Source: Tubiluchus corallicola
Taxonomy: Eukaryota > Animalia > Priapulida
Length of the DNA: 64,000 nt
Assembly: GCA_030141605.1 (NCBI GenBank)
Contig: JAQGDQ010000079.1
Location: 248,001 to 312,000, forward strand
Reading direction: 5' to 3'
The notes under the pieces are model-generated. The model had not been told where the DNA came from. It saw only the letters and a list, made by a program, of their open reading frames with translations, and searched no databases. Shown here one piece after another: positions 12,441 through 25,477 of the stretch. Both the position numbers and the translations under genes were made by a program. Within the stretch, counting starts at the first letter, position 1. Every line of letters starts with the position of its first letter.

Positions 12441-15400
12441 TCCTGGTTTGGAGTTGAGCAATTTTTTCATTAAAGCCGTCCCATTAAATCTATGTTCTTA
12501 CCAACAAAAATATTTTACCAGTAGTCTACAGAGTTGGTTTATAGTTAATGATATCAAATTAATTTGTCTTGTTTAAATTCCTGTTTTACCTATGTGTGTT
12601 TGCAAGTGACTTGCAAAACAAATGCATGTGCAATATTTAAACAGTACCTTTAAATTTTGAAGAACGAGCTCAGTTCACTCAATAATCAATCACTAAAGAA
12701 ATCAAAAATAAGCAAGTAAACAAATAAACAGGCTGGGGATAGTGTCTGGAGTTCTAAGGCCCCCAGTAACCAAAACAAATCTTTCCATTCTAACAAAACA
12801 ATGTTGTTGAATGCTATAAGTAGAGTAAAAATTTTAACACAGTTACTCATATGTGCTTTCATAACAGTATGTGATGGCGGTAGAAACCATAGGATATATA
12901 AAAATAAAACAGCTGCAGCAAATTTCCGTGGAATCGATACAAATTTTTTCACAGCAGTGGTTTGACCGAAACTGAACACCTCAGTCACAGTGGGGGATGT
13001 TGCACATTCCACATGTGCATATTAAATGCTAACGCTGTTGGAAAATGAATATTACCTGTTGTGAAGAGAAATACGTAAAATAAGAGCTAAAAAGGGTGTT
13101 TTACTCAGATTTAGTTTTATAGATTAATAACTTAGAATGTACACTGTGGGCCAATCAGGCAGGGAGCAGCATAACACTTATTCTCCAGGGCTGCAGAATC
13201 CCACAAGAAAATGGTTTGAAATGTTCTTGAGAATGCACTTGCCCCACGACATGATGATGATGTTGACGCATACCGCAAGCTGCGGGGGTAGCAGCAAAGC
13301 TAACAAACATTACACATGGTGATTCTGTAAATTTAAATAACCAGTTCTTATTGCTTCACAAGAAAGCATGCTAGAGTATTTCCAGAACTATAAAGAAGTT
13401 TTTAAATTTAAAACTTTATTATTATTTTTTCTAATAGTGCCACTTTTTGATTATTACCATATTCTATCATAAACAGCTTCCAGCACTTTTATATGTTCAA
13501 AATAGGGGCTAAATTATTAGCCATTTTAAATACATTTTTAAATTTCTTGTGTTTGCAAATATTTCACATAAAACTGTCCCTTAATTTACATAATATTAAA
13601 AGACACTATAATAAAATGGTTATTTGCAATTAAAATTCTTTATCTCATCTTACAAGTTACAACATTAAAAGAGCTTCGAATATCTATCAACAAAGAAGGT
13701 GCCATTCAGGTCCCAGATCAACAGATAGCAATTTAGCAAGAATCCTTGCTATGGCTAGTAACATCTGGTAAGCATACGCCTAATCCGCAAGTATACAAAC
13801 ATGTACGCAGCAAACCAGTAAAACATTGACAATATTACATGTACATGTACATCTAAAACCTGCATTTCTAAGGCACTACAAACAGTTATTAAAATTTCAA
13901 GATTATTCATATCATCCTAGTAACGTGTTCACTGTTCATGCGTCAATGGATACAATTCTGTTAAACTTATGCTGTCAACCATCGATTATTCCTGATTATA
14001 CAATTTTCAACAAAACAACCATAAACTATTCTCATAAATAAGCTACAGTCATTTTAAAATGTACGCTGAAAGCTTCACACATAAAAATTTTAATATTCGT
14101 TCTTGAAAAAGAAAAAGATAACTTGTGTAGTAGATCGGGCCATGTTCACTATAACACCAAACTACACAAGAAGTAGTAAGCAAAGCTAAAATATAAATTA
14201 TTAAAGCTGTAAAAACTCATAAATACAGAATACGTTTGTCATCAAGACCTCTCACTGCAGAGGTCGATATTTAGCCAACTTTATGAGATCCATTTAAAAA
14301 CTGTCAATTATCTAAAAGTGTCAAAAGGCACAAGGTCGCATGAAAATAAGTAAAATATTACGCAGTTAAACCAAGTTTTACCCATTTTTATGCTTTAAAC
14401 ATACTTTAAAGTGGTGAACTTGTAATAAACACAGCATGACAAATTACGTGCCCCAAGCCAATACATGCCCTTGCTACTAATGAATATAAGTCCTCTGTTA
14501 AAAAGCATTTCAAAAAGAGAACAGCTTCAGAAGATTTTTAAATATCACTCAAGACCGTGTAGCTATGCAGGTATAGCTATATTTTAGGTACAAAAATAGC
14601 TAAAATAATGAACAAATTATGCCTTTACCTTTTAAGTGATTACCTTACCGGACAGTAGAAAATGGTCTAATAATAAGACACAAATACGAATACCAGCTGC
14701 TTAGCCATATATTATGTAATTATTTTATATTGTAAACTTGTTTCTTGCTAAATCAGAAGAAAAACAGGGCAAGGTTTTCTTTAAACAAATTAAAAAACTC
14801 GGCAGTAATGTTAAGTAATGATTACACTATGATACAATACAAAATTTTAATACAGGCTATTCTTTTTTAGTTTGTGTAAAAATAACAATGATCTCATTTT
14901 GTAATAAGAGAACATACAATAACTGCATTATTACATCCTTAACTGGACCTGTGTAGCAGGTCCAATACAATTGCAAATAGGTGATAACGAGCTTCGGGAA
15001 CATGTTATAGATCACCCTGAGGGTTGAAACTCAAATGCCAATGAGCCATTTAGCTTGTTAATATCATCTGTAAGCCCTGGTAAGCTTATGTCTTTCTGTC
15101 ATTTTTACACATGCAACACTGGCTTCGGTGCAAAACAAGAAAAGCATGTAAGGATTTTTGTAATTTAATCTTTTCTCATGAAGAGTACTGCAGCCCCCAC
15201 CTTCACAATTTAATGGATAAGATATGCAACTGGCAGCTATAACAATCACGCAAATTTTGAAGTTTCTAAAGTGCTTCCTTCACCCTTCAGTCACACTACC
15301 AGACAGATTAACAGTAACTTATCAAAGGTCTGCAATAGTACAGACCTGTTTGCACAGTCTATGACAGTAAAGTACCAGTAGATGAATGTTTCTTCATCAA

Positions 15401-16398
15401 AAAATTGTAAACTCACATTGTAAACTTAAAAAAATTAATGCTACCAAAGTGTGTTTCACATGAATTGAAAATGGCAGAATCCTTCAAAAAGTCAAAACGA
15501 AATTCACGGGAAATTTGTAACTGTTCAGTTTTCAGCCAGTATGTACAGCAGACAAGAGACGATAAACTTCCATAAAACATTAAATACAGAGTTCTTGAAG
15601 AAAGTGTGTGGCTCAGTACTCAGCTTGCACTAGTTATATGCTTGAACTTTATGAGAATGGTCAAAACAGTCCACTCAATAGCAAGAAGAATACTATGCAA
15701 TTCAGTCAAAATTCATGTGGACAAAATCACATAATCCGATTATTTTCAATTCATTTTGAAATCTTTCTCCATTTTCACTAGCAACAAGTACGAGATACTT
15801 ACATATTAGTCAATTAAACATTACCCACTTGGCCTATATCGTGTACCTAAAAATTTGCTAATTGCCCAATTTCAATTAATTTAATTGTATTATACTCTAA
15901 TTATGTAGAATATAGAATGTACAGTTTTTTCACAACTGTAAGCCAACACTTAGCAGTTGAATATGCAATTCAATAAATGTCTTACTTAATTGAAATTTCA
16001 ACTCTTATTTTCTGAACTACTGAATTTCAAAAAGAACTTACCACATAGTATAAAAAATACAAATGTAGTTTAAAGCTCATCATAGCTAAACGTATAGATG
16101 TCTACAATAATCCTGCTAGTTGAGCCATAAACAAAGTATCGACTCCCGTAATCCAAAATGTCTTTCTGGGTATAACTTTTTTCAAAGGTACAATGAGTAA
16201 TCAAGTTTTACATATTATGCCCAAAACTTTAAAAAAGAAAAATTATCATATCATTTTAATAACTTCCAAAATATTATATGATGTCCACGGGCCCACTAAT
16301 GACTTTTCTAAAATTGTACAAAGAGTGAAAATTGCACACAGTATAGGTACGTGTCTAAAGCTCCATAGTTTCAACGGTTAAAAACGAAATTTACTCAC

Positions 16399-16453
16399 GT
16401 TCTTTATCGTGGTCAAATCCAACTACCACAAAATAGTCTGCTAGTCGTGACAT
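16399..16453 (-). CDS. SBF2: SBF first coding exon (55 coding nt)
   Basis: ATG at 16453: MSRLADYFVVVGFDHDKE(R), the canonical SBF1/2 N-terminus; donor C|gtgagt; in-frame stop upstream. All ten exons join in frame. Confidence 0.95.
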
Positions 16454-16717
16454 ATCACCAAGATTGCCGCAGGAGGTAAGTTGTGTAATGGCTCTTTATA
16501 CTAGCACACATTTTAAAAATAACAGAGCTTTGTGGTCTGCTGGTTGACCACTTTCTTAGCCAGATGAGTAAGATGATTCATGTTATTGTAAAGAAGATCG
16601 TACTGGTGGTGACATAAGATAACTTATTGCTGTCAAGCTCAAATTCTGCCTTTGTTGCAGTTTGCCAAAACAAGTCACGGACATCACATCCTTCAAAAAT
16701 GAAGCATAATTGTAGTC
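16454..16717 (-). other. Probable 5' UTR portion of the SBF ATG exon
   Basis: Strong acceptor gattttcttattttcccacag| at 16718-16720, implying a further upstream non-coding exon. Confidence 0.55.
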
Positions 16718-17905
16718 CTGTGGGAAAATAAGAAAATCACAATAATGCTAAACATATACATACGTAAATAAACATACGTCACTTTAAAAGGCATATGTCT
16801 GTTAGTCCACTCACTTGACTAGATTTACTTTGGACAAAGTTAAATTAATCATAGTCACACAGAAAACATCTTACTCTTGTTAATTTATGCTAGCCTAGTG
16901 CAATGATTTACAATACATGTTTGACAATTTTGACTTTTCAAAATTCAAAGAGCCGACTTTTAAAGTTTGACACACTTATTTATTCTCATTTTTGACAATA
17001 TATGACATGTAGTTACAATTCTGTTGCACTGTGGTCTAGCATGATGTTTATTCTGGCAAGAATTCCACAATTACAGAAAAATCAATTGAAAATCTGAAAC
17101 ACAGTTCTTATTGATCTTATGTCCAAATTTGCTGTTCAGTTGTTTTTGTTTTTATTCACAAGCAGGACAGAAAAATTTCTACCCACAGACAAAGGAAAGT
17201 TACATACAGAGTGTTCATAAAATATTATATGGAATCAACCAGTCCCACCTCAGATTTTGCTCAAAGTTTAGTAATGCTCTTTTAGTAGTATCTAAAATCT
17301 ACTGGAGTATATATTTATAAAGAAATTATCAGTGTTCATATAAGAACATTTTAAATAGAGGTATGTATATAAAAGGGTAATAAGACAACCAGGAAAGTAT
17401 TTCTAAATTTTGAAAATGATTAGCCAAACGTGGCATAGCTCACAAGACTTCGTCAAAGAATGATACAGAAAATGCGACTTTTGGAACTCCAACTAGAATG
17501 CGACTGGAGTCACATAAAAAACAATTGCAAATTAGTAGCAATTTCAATTTAGAAAATTCATCAACTGTTAATATAACTACAAACTTTGACATCATCTCTT
17601 TATTCTGTAATACTTTTGTGCTTAAACACAGTTTTGGAATGTTAATCATTTTAACATCGTCGTAATAATCTCCTGAAGGTGCATATGATGCATAATTGCA
17701 AGTGTACTATTGGAGAACACCTACATCCAGTTAAGGAACCCTATTCCTATGCGAAAACTACCAAGAATTCAGCATAATAATTTTGCAAATAATTACTAAA
17801 CTCACAAAAACACTTTATCAGATTCTAAGAAAATGTCAGAAGGTAAGGTGGGGCCGAATTTTGTTCAATTTGTTGATTTCACGTTAACTGCCTCTATCAA
17901 CTTAC

Positions 17906-18278
17906 TCTATACGAAGATTATTCATGAATTCAGCTTAAATGATTTTTCTCAGCACACAGTTTTGTTAAAATTCGTGCTGACGAACGAAGTTTAATTGCAA
18001 CTAATATTTAATATACAAACACATAAGAAATAAACCACAAAAATTACTTTTTTGCACAGCTGAGTTTTTACAAACTGCAGAACTTACAGCCTAAAACTTT
18101 CGCCACTGGTGGCAGCACTTTGCGAAACCTTCCTCCCTCTAACGGTCACTTGGTAAAACTGTTTCCACGTGCTGAATTTTGCTTTTTTCGTGTGTTTTAA
18201 TTTCATATTTAAATTTTTGTGTTTTTTTTTCTAATGTAGCGTGTGACGAAATTAGTAAGTCACGCTTTTAGCAGCTAA
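17906..18278. promoter_or_regulatory. Putative bidirectional promoter for SBF (-) and PRMT5 (+), with the SBF non-coding first exon
   Basis: Locally CpG-richer; minus-strand gtaagt donors at 18087 and 17905; the PRMT5 ATG at 18279 is 192 bp from the first donor. Confidence 0.55.
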
Positions 18279-20159
18279 ATGGCAGCCCGTGCTTCGATAG
18301 GGCAAGACTGTCATTTTTGTGCTGATATAACTCGCACTCTTCATTCATGTTCGGAATCTGGATACGAATTTGCCGCCTTACCTTTATCAAATCCACAATT
18401 TCGACGCGAATTTGTGGGAGGTAAACTCAAAGATAGGCACGAGCGCTTCACACGAGCTGACTTGATCCTGACTAGCCAAGACTGGTCAACTATAGTTGTA
18501 GGTAAGATATCAGCATGGCTTCAGGTTGATTCACCACATGAAGTGATACGAAGAAATTCAGAGTTAGCATTTCTGCAAGAATTTCAATATGCGATGTACC
18601 TGAGTTTGCCAGCAGTGATGGTTACTCTAACTAGTGGCAGTTGTGTCAACCTTGGGCGGCTGTTATTCCAAAAACTTCTTACTGGTTACACTACACAAGT
18701 GTGGATTAAATGTCCAATGAAAGCACCACAAATAAATCAGGTTAATTTTGTAGAAGGTCTTGCAGATCTGGACCTGAATGCTTCATCTTGTGGTGATAGC
18801 TGGGATTGGTGGCATAAACTACGTAGTGTTTGTGGCAGTCATAGAAAGTTAGGTTTAGCTCTTGTTATTCCACCAGATATTCCTGATCCAGAAGATGTTG
18901 ACCGATGGTTCGGTGAACCTGTGCGATGTGCCATTGTTCCAACTTCCATTTTTCTTACTAACAAGAAAGGTTTTCCTGTGTTGTCGCATGCACATCAGAT
19001 GCTGATACAAAGGTTGTATCGCCTAGAGGTGCAGCTAATGGTGAGCGGAAGCTGTCATCATGGGGAAAAAGGACTAGTCAGTTATCGTCAGTACCTCACT
19101 TACCTGTTTGAGACCATGCCACCTTTGGATACAATTGCAAAATTTGCTATAGGGTATGAAGACTTTCTTCAGTGCCCACTTCAGCCGCTCATGGATAATC
19201 TTGAATCGCAGACCTACGAAATTTTTGAAAAAGATCCCTTTAAGTATTCAGAGTACCAGCGAGCTATTCAGTTGGCAATAGTGGATAAGATTTCAGACGA
19301 AGAAAAAAAGACAAAATCCTTAGTAGTAATGGTAGTAGGAGCTGGTAGAGGTCCTTTGGTGAAAGCCGCTCTTGCTGCTGCTAAGTCTACTGACCGCAGG
19401 ATTCACGTGTTTGCTGTGGAGAAAAATCCAAATGCCATTGTCACTTTACTTCATCTAAAGAGTGAAGTGTGGGGTGATAAAGTGACAGTTGTGTCAAGTG
19501 ACATGCGAGAGTGGGAAGCACCACAGAAAGCCGACATTCTACTCAGTGAACTTCTGGGTTCATTTGGAGACAACGAACTTTCTCCTGAATGTCTTGATGG
19601 AGCCCAAAGGCTGCTTAAAGAAGATGGAATTAGCATACCTGAGTCTTACACATCGTATCTAAGTCCTCTGCAATCATCTAAACTATACAATGAAGTAAGA
19701 TCATCACGAGATAAGGATAAGCACCCAGAAGCACATTTTGAGATGCCATATGTAGTGAAAATACATAACCATACCTTACTTGCTGCTCCTCAGCCTGTAT
19801 TCACGTTTGCTCATCCTAATAAAGATGTAGTTATTGACAACAGCCGATACAAGATTCTGGAATTCCAAATATCAAACAATTGTACATTACATGGATTTGC
19901 GGGTTACTTTGATTGTAGGCTTTATAAAGATTCGATGCTCAGCATTGTTCCAGATCGCCATTCTGAAGGAATGTTTAGTTGGTTTCCAGCTTTTTTTCCT
20001 ATCAAAGCTCCAGTTTACTTATCCAAAGGCTGTATGGTAGAACTGCACATATGGCGTGTTGTAAGTGCTCATAAAGTTTGGTATGAGTGGTGTGTGACAA
20101 AACCCTGCATCACTGATATTCATAATTCTGGTGGTAGGGCTTACACTATTGGATTATGA
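18279..20159 (+). CDS. PRMT5: Protein arginine N-methyltransferase 5, single exon, 626 aa
   Basis: Uninterrupted ORF with TIM-barrel N-terminus (FLTNKKGFPVL), LQPLMDNLESQTYEIFEKD (specificity Phe), SAM motif VVGAGRGPLV, VEKN, double-E loop SELLGSFGDNELSPECLDG, GMFSWFP and a C-terminal IHN.GGR.YTIGL. Confidence 0.98.
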   Translation: MAARASIGQDCHFCADITRTLHSCSESGYEFAALPLSNPQFRREFVGGKLKDRHERFTRADLILTSQDWSTIVVGKISAWLQVDSPHEVIRRNSELAFLQEFQYAMYLSLPAVMVTLTSGSCVNLGRLLFQKLLTGYTTQVWIKCPMKAPQINQVNFVEGLADLDLNASSCGDSWDWWHKLRSVCGSHRKLGLALVIPPDIPDPEDVDRWFGEPVRCAIVPTSIFLTNKKGFPVLSHAHQMLIQRLYRLEVQLMVSGSCHHGEKGLVSYRQYLTYLFETMPPLDTIAKFAIGYEDFLQCPLQPLMDNLESQTYEIFEKDPFKYSEYQRAIQLAIVDKISDEEKKTKSLVVMVVGAGRGPLVKAALAAAKSTDRRIHVFAVEKNPNAIVTLLHLKSEVWGDKVTVVSSDMREWEAPQKADILLSELLGSFGDNELSPECLDGAQRLLKEDGISIPESYTSYLSPLQSSKLYNEVRSSRDKDKHPEAHFEMPYVVKIHNHTLLAAPQPVFTFAHPNKDVVIDNSRYKILEFQISNNCTLHGFAGYFDCRLYKDSMLSIVPDRHSEGMFSWFPAFFPIKAPVYLSKGCMVELHIWRVVSAHKVWYEWCVTKPCITDIHNSGGRAYTIGL

Positions 20160-21984
20160 CATCTAATTAATTTACTTAGTAATTAAGCATTTATAACTAT
20201 TGGCCAGACAGTTTAGATGAGGCCTGTTACCCTTACCAGTCCTTTATGTCTCACAGGACTTTCCAGTTTAATACTTTTTTACATTTTTTGTTATTTTTTT
20301 TGTACTTTTTGTGATTTCAAAAAAAGCCTAATTTAAGGAATTTCATCAGCAATGATTTTGTTTAGTGAGGTATAAATTGATGGATTCCATTGATTCCCTC
20401 TTTAGTTCAGTAATTTGTTTCGCGCAGTTTTTTCATTTGGAAATAGCAGTTTTTTATTTTGAAATAATTGACTAGTTACTTTTCTATTCATTGGTGTCAT
20501 ATGATTTGAGTATTGCAAAACTAAATGTCATTTGCTAGACCTGTTTCAGTTCTTGCAAATTTTACCAATTAGTTTGCTATTAAGTTTACAGCGTTTACTA
20601 ATTTATGAATACATAAACGAATGCTATGAGTATTAAAAAATAAGACACCCACGTTTTACTCGAGAATTTTAAGTAATCTTTTTCTCACTGAACATAGTTG
20701 ATGTATCTGAAAAGCTTAACATTGTTTTTGTCATGCATCTCGATGTAGTCATCAACCAGATGATTGTTATGTATGATGTTATTTATATCTTAGTAAAAAT
20801 TAAATAGTTAGAGCTCTGTGTCTTATTTATGACTGTGCTGGTAATTTATATCTCGTAAGTGTTGAAGTCTGAGCACTCTAAACTGGGCCAGCCTCTGCTT
20901 AATAGTTATATGTATTGCTAAGAAAGAGCTACATGCCATTTGGTTTCCAGAAAGCACTGTTGCAACATTTTTGTTATCGTTTCTGTTGTTGTTGAACTAA
21001 TTTGTTCATAGCAAGCTGCTACCTTTATTTCTAGAAAATTGTTGGAACTTCAAACTTGTATTATAATTAATAGATATGAGCAGTCCTAAGGACACATGCA
21101 ATACAGTAATTATCTGTTGTATAGCTATTGGCATAATAAATCTAATAATCATCTGCCAGTTATATAATGTTCTAGTGACTGTCTGTAAATAGTTGCATTC
21201 TCGTACTAGTTAAAATGGTTTGGTCAGTCAATGCCTGCAGGTTTTCTCTCTACTAATTTCTTGTTTATATTATAGCTTTGTAAGTAGGTCTTAGCTGTAC
21301 AGCTTGCACTGATAATATTTGCTAAAAATAAAATCACAAAGAAACACTTTACTATAACGTTCTTGTTTGAACTATGGTTTTATTTTTTCTCCAGTTGTGC
21401 TTGTAATTGGCTTTCCAAGTGTTAGAAGAATATTGTTGAACCAAAACTCAAGTCGTGCAATGCAATGTATATCCACCACACAAGTGGTACCAACTACATA
21501 CTATTGCATGTCCTTTTAAAATTTGTTAGGTATTGTCATTTGTGCTGTGCTACTCAACATTATTAGTTACTGAAATTTTTCTTAAACGTGTGGCATATGC
21601 AATAGTGCTTAGCATTGCGCCTCACTGTGGAATTCCAATTATTAGCATTTCACTGTCATATACTTCTTTCCACATTTTCGATTTAGAAGTGTCTCATGCT
21701 TGAATTGATTTGAAGTGATGTTGAATTGGTGTCCAACCAAAGTCGAAATTGGTTTGAAACTCGAATGTATGACAGTATCTGTATTGTTTCCAGACTAAAC
21801 AACATGATAAATTATTGTTGGATTGTAAAATGACATAAATCGAAAAAGATTATTATATTTTTAAGACATTCTCATCGAACATCAGGTAGAAAAACTAAGT
21901 CTGTATACCTGATCCCCCATACTAATAATAAATACTTCTAGGTATGCAACTTTATGTAGCTAGAACCATACCACCTGTTGTAGT

Positions 21985-22700
21985 ATTCATAGTCCAACTT
22001 CCTTTTAAATAGTACGGAACATCCTCAGACAAGAACTTACAACTCTCTAACATCCCATCTATATTGATGCTTTACTAACTTCCTCTTCTGACCTCGTGTG
22101 AGTGTGACATTTTGTGAAGAAAATGCATCAATGTCAACTAGATCACTCAGGATCTTAACTTTGATCATGTCCCATAGGGAGCATATAATTAATGCAACTA
22201 AGCAGTTCCTGGTAGTCTTTTCAGTCCCCTAACCACTTCATAGTGGCCTGTCCATGTCAAGTGTTTCATACCAAATTTTCTTGCTCTATTATGGGTCTTA
22301 CCAAGGACATATGGGTTATCATTTTGCCATCTGAGATGAAAACTCATATTCTTTTTATTTTTATAACACTAGTGATATCATTTGCTTTCTTGGCTGCAGT
22401 GATTTATGAAACTTCAGGTCATTTTCAACCTCAAAATCGAGGCATTTTTTGTCAGACACTGCAGCCAGCTCTGACACTGCGTCTCTGCTATCAGTGTGAT
22501 ACCTCTTGTAGCATATAGATGAATGACCTTGCCTTCCGTTTGAATTCGAGTTGCCACAGTCTGAATTATTCCTGCATCTTATCTGATCTTGTTGCAGTGC
22601 TTATCTCCTGCCAGGTGTCTCAACTGTATTACTGTTTTTCTAAAGTCCTATAGGTATCAGTTGCTGTTTTGCCTTGCAATTTTCCATAATAATTGGTAAC
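21985..22700 (-). mobile_element. Degraded CR1/L2-type LINE 3' fragment
   Basis: Minus-strand pieces LQQD...WQLEF, GDMIKVKIL..., TRGQKRKLVK...DVRE and KRKLD match the CR1 ORF2 C-terminal pattern (RGDMIE.YKI, TRGH..KL, FK.RLD); stops and frameshifts present. Confidence 0.6.
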
Positions 22701-22849
22701 GCTACACATAATCACCATTAAATTTTATTATAAACACTAGACCGTTTGTTTGTTTTTGTTTAACTATAAAATGAAAATTTCTGTTGATTTCATCTAATAA
22801 TCGGTTTTCTCGGAGTCCATGTACGACAAAATTTAATCAATTCGTTTAC

Positions 22850-23058
22850 TTGAATCAGTCGGTGTCGTAGCCAAGGCACAATTTATTAGCTACCCTACCG
22901 AAAGCATGAAACGTCGAAAAAGTGGTATTACTGGGCTGAAGCGCGATTGTGCATTATGCTTTAGTTCAGCGAGGAAAGTCGTGTGTTTATAATTGCTTTA
23001 AGTGTTTTTAATTGCAAAACGGATTTTTCTGAAGAACAATATTACATACTTTCACCTA
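22850..23058 (+). other. Putative distal promoter and non-coding first exon of OSBPL8
   Basis: Local CpG cluster with Inr-like tcagtc/ttagtt and donor cta|gtaagt at 23059; would feed the acceptor at 26994. Confidence 0.35.
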
Positions 23059-24304
23059 GTAAGTATCTTGTTTTTTTTCTTATTACTACAATGTCTATTT
23101 TTATAATAAGTTTCATTAAAATAAGATTTATTTGTCTCCTGCAGGTTAACAAGACAGAAACATTTAGTTATTTTTAAATTCAGTACTGTAGTATGCAAAA
23201 TTATTTGTAATGTAGAAGGAAATACTATTACAACGTAGTGTGTAGAAAGTGTGACGAATGACCATACGGTCAACTACAAAGAAATTCTGTAGTTTTTATA
23301 CTTGGCTGAATAAGCTAATGGCATGCTTGTGAAATTCATTTCTTAAAAATAAAATTCATAAATATGCTGAACACTTGAACACGATAAAATAAAGATGGTT
23401 TCATAATAGGAGAACTGAATAATATACAAAAGCACAATTAAAAATTAACAAAATTAATGCAAAACCAGAATTAATTGACATATGATTTTAAGCAACTAAA
23501 GTAGCATGCTCCTTTAAATGTAATATTAATTATTACTAATAATTATGGAAATCAATACATGCATGAAGGGTCAAAGTTGTGCAGTAAATTATGAAACAAA
23601 ACAAAATCATATTAAATGAAAAACCATTGAAACCAAAAAATGATACATGTTGGTGTCCATTAATCATCCATTAATGATGGCATGTTACATCCATTGTGTC
23701 ATGTCAACACTGTTTTAATCATATGATTAATCATGATTAATATCAATGTATGGCTATGGGGTTTGACTTGTAATGACATTGTAGAATTAGCCATTGATGT
23801 ATTAAGAAAGGTTAATACCTACAAGGTTGTACATGAGTTGATACTGATAAGAAAGTATAAATTGTATAATTTGCGTAGTCAATAAAGTTTCTAAATTTTG
23901 CAATGTCCATTTAAGTAAATATCATATGTACGATATCAGCGTTATTTTGCAAATGGGCACTTTTCTTGATGCCTGTTTGCTCGCTGAGCTGGCCTTGTGT
24001 ATCCACAGCGGTACAGTGTGTTGATGACCGTGTTAATGTTGGTTTTGCACAGACAGCAATTACTTGTAGTGTATGTGTGATGTTGAAGAAAACAGCTAAT
24101 TATTCTTAAATTTAAAATAGTTCGTTTAAAGAACACAAAGGAGAATTCTTACATAATGCTAGGTATGTGATTATCTATTATTCTAGCTTAGGTGAGCAGA
24201 CTTGAATCTGACCTACGTGAATGTGAATGAACGCAATAAAGATCAGGTCTGGATATAAACTTCTCAAATTTAAAGAGCAAGAAGACAGAATTCTGACATA
24301 ATGC

Positions 24305-25477
24305 TAGAAAATTGTCTTGAAATTTTGTATCACCCACGTGCTGTCTTGCTGCATACGGACCTTGTATTAGTAGTAAAATTAGTAGTAATTTTAACTCCAG
24401 CGCTGACAGTTAGATGCAGCCATTTTAACAGTCAGTCATTGGGTAGGAAGTTGCAGTAAGTTTAGATAACATTGTGTTAAGTAGGGATGTCACCGAAACT
24501 GAATTTACTAACCGAAACCGAAATTTATCAAACGTAAGAAACCGATACCGAAACAAAACCGAACAGAAACATTTTTGCAAAACCAACTAGTATTAAAACT
24601 GAAATAAGAACATTCTAAAATAAGTAAAATATTTCATTTTTTGTTTTTCTGCTTTTATTTGCTGTGATACAAAATTACTGGTAAAAAACACAAGGATGTT
24701 TTATAGTATAGCACCTCAAGTTTGATGGATTGGCTTACATTAGAAAAATTAATGTGTTACAATATTTTTGGATTTAAGTATCCTTAATGATTAATGTTTA
24801 AAGATTGTAATGCTTTATTAAAATAAAGAAACTTTGTTTTGTAGATATCTTGTTGCCTATATTTCATAAATTATAAAATTAAAACCGATTTTGCTCAAAT
24901 AAATTCAAACATGGCTTGATATTTCGGTTTTGATTATGCCTGTGACCCTAAAACTTCGCAGTGGTCAGCACTGAAGATGTGCCACATTGCTGTGAAAAGC
25001 ACATCACAAACTCTTATTTAAACAAAGTTTTCGCTTTATTTGAACTACTTTAGGCAAGATTTTTCAGCGGTTTTTGACATCTAGGAGAAAAGAAAAGGTA
25101 AATTCGATAAACACTAGTAAAACCCTGGAAAATGGTACCCAAAATTGTCCCAAATTTCCGCTACGAAACTTAAAAAAAATTTGCTGAAACCTAACTGAAC
25201 TGAAAATTTCGTTTTGACAGCATCCTTGGTGTTAAGTTAGAAAAAATAATCAGAGCATGCATAGCGCACTCTTCAGTAACTAAGCAAAAGCATGAATTAT
25301 GTTGTATCTCATTAACAAGATATTCTATCAGTTGACTTGACCGTTTTATATCACAAAGAATAAATTCTGTTGTACAGTCTTTCTTATGGCTTTCAAACAG
25401 GTAAGCATAATGCTACTTAAGTAATAGGTATGAAAAGTTTTTGGGGCATACTTTAAAATTCACTTTTCATCCTCTTC
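24305..25477 (+). repeat. Interspersed repeat copy A (paralogue of 36394-37066), interrupted by a hAT insertion
   Basis: Collinear similarity to 36615-37066 on both sides of the insertion, e.g. aagtttagataacattgtg, aaaaaataat.agagc, caggtaagc. Confidence 0.75.
24482..25228. mobile_element. Non-autonomous hAT (Ac-like) element, 747 bp
   Basis: Perfect 8-bp TSD GTGTTAAG (24474-24481 and 25229-25236); termini TAGGGATG...CATCCTTG (Ac-type YAGGGATG); clustered subterminal AACCGA repeats. Confidence 0.85.

Noticed and set aside
17020-17925. Chain of minus-strand micro-exon-like segments that might form a small gene, including a junction-spanning TGA (possible selenocysteine)
   Set aside because: Phases do not join into one consistent ORF, there is no recognisable protein, and no SECIS was identified; such splice-like sites are common in AT-rich DNA.
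19451-20040. Short antisense and alternative-frame ORFs within PRMT5
   Set aside because: Shadows of the main coding frame.
22906-22924. MKRRKS with a phase-1 donor as a fifth OSBPL8 first exon
   Set aside because: The donor GTG|gtatta is weak; the stronger donor at 23059 suggests a non-coding exon instead.
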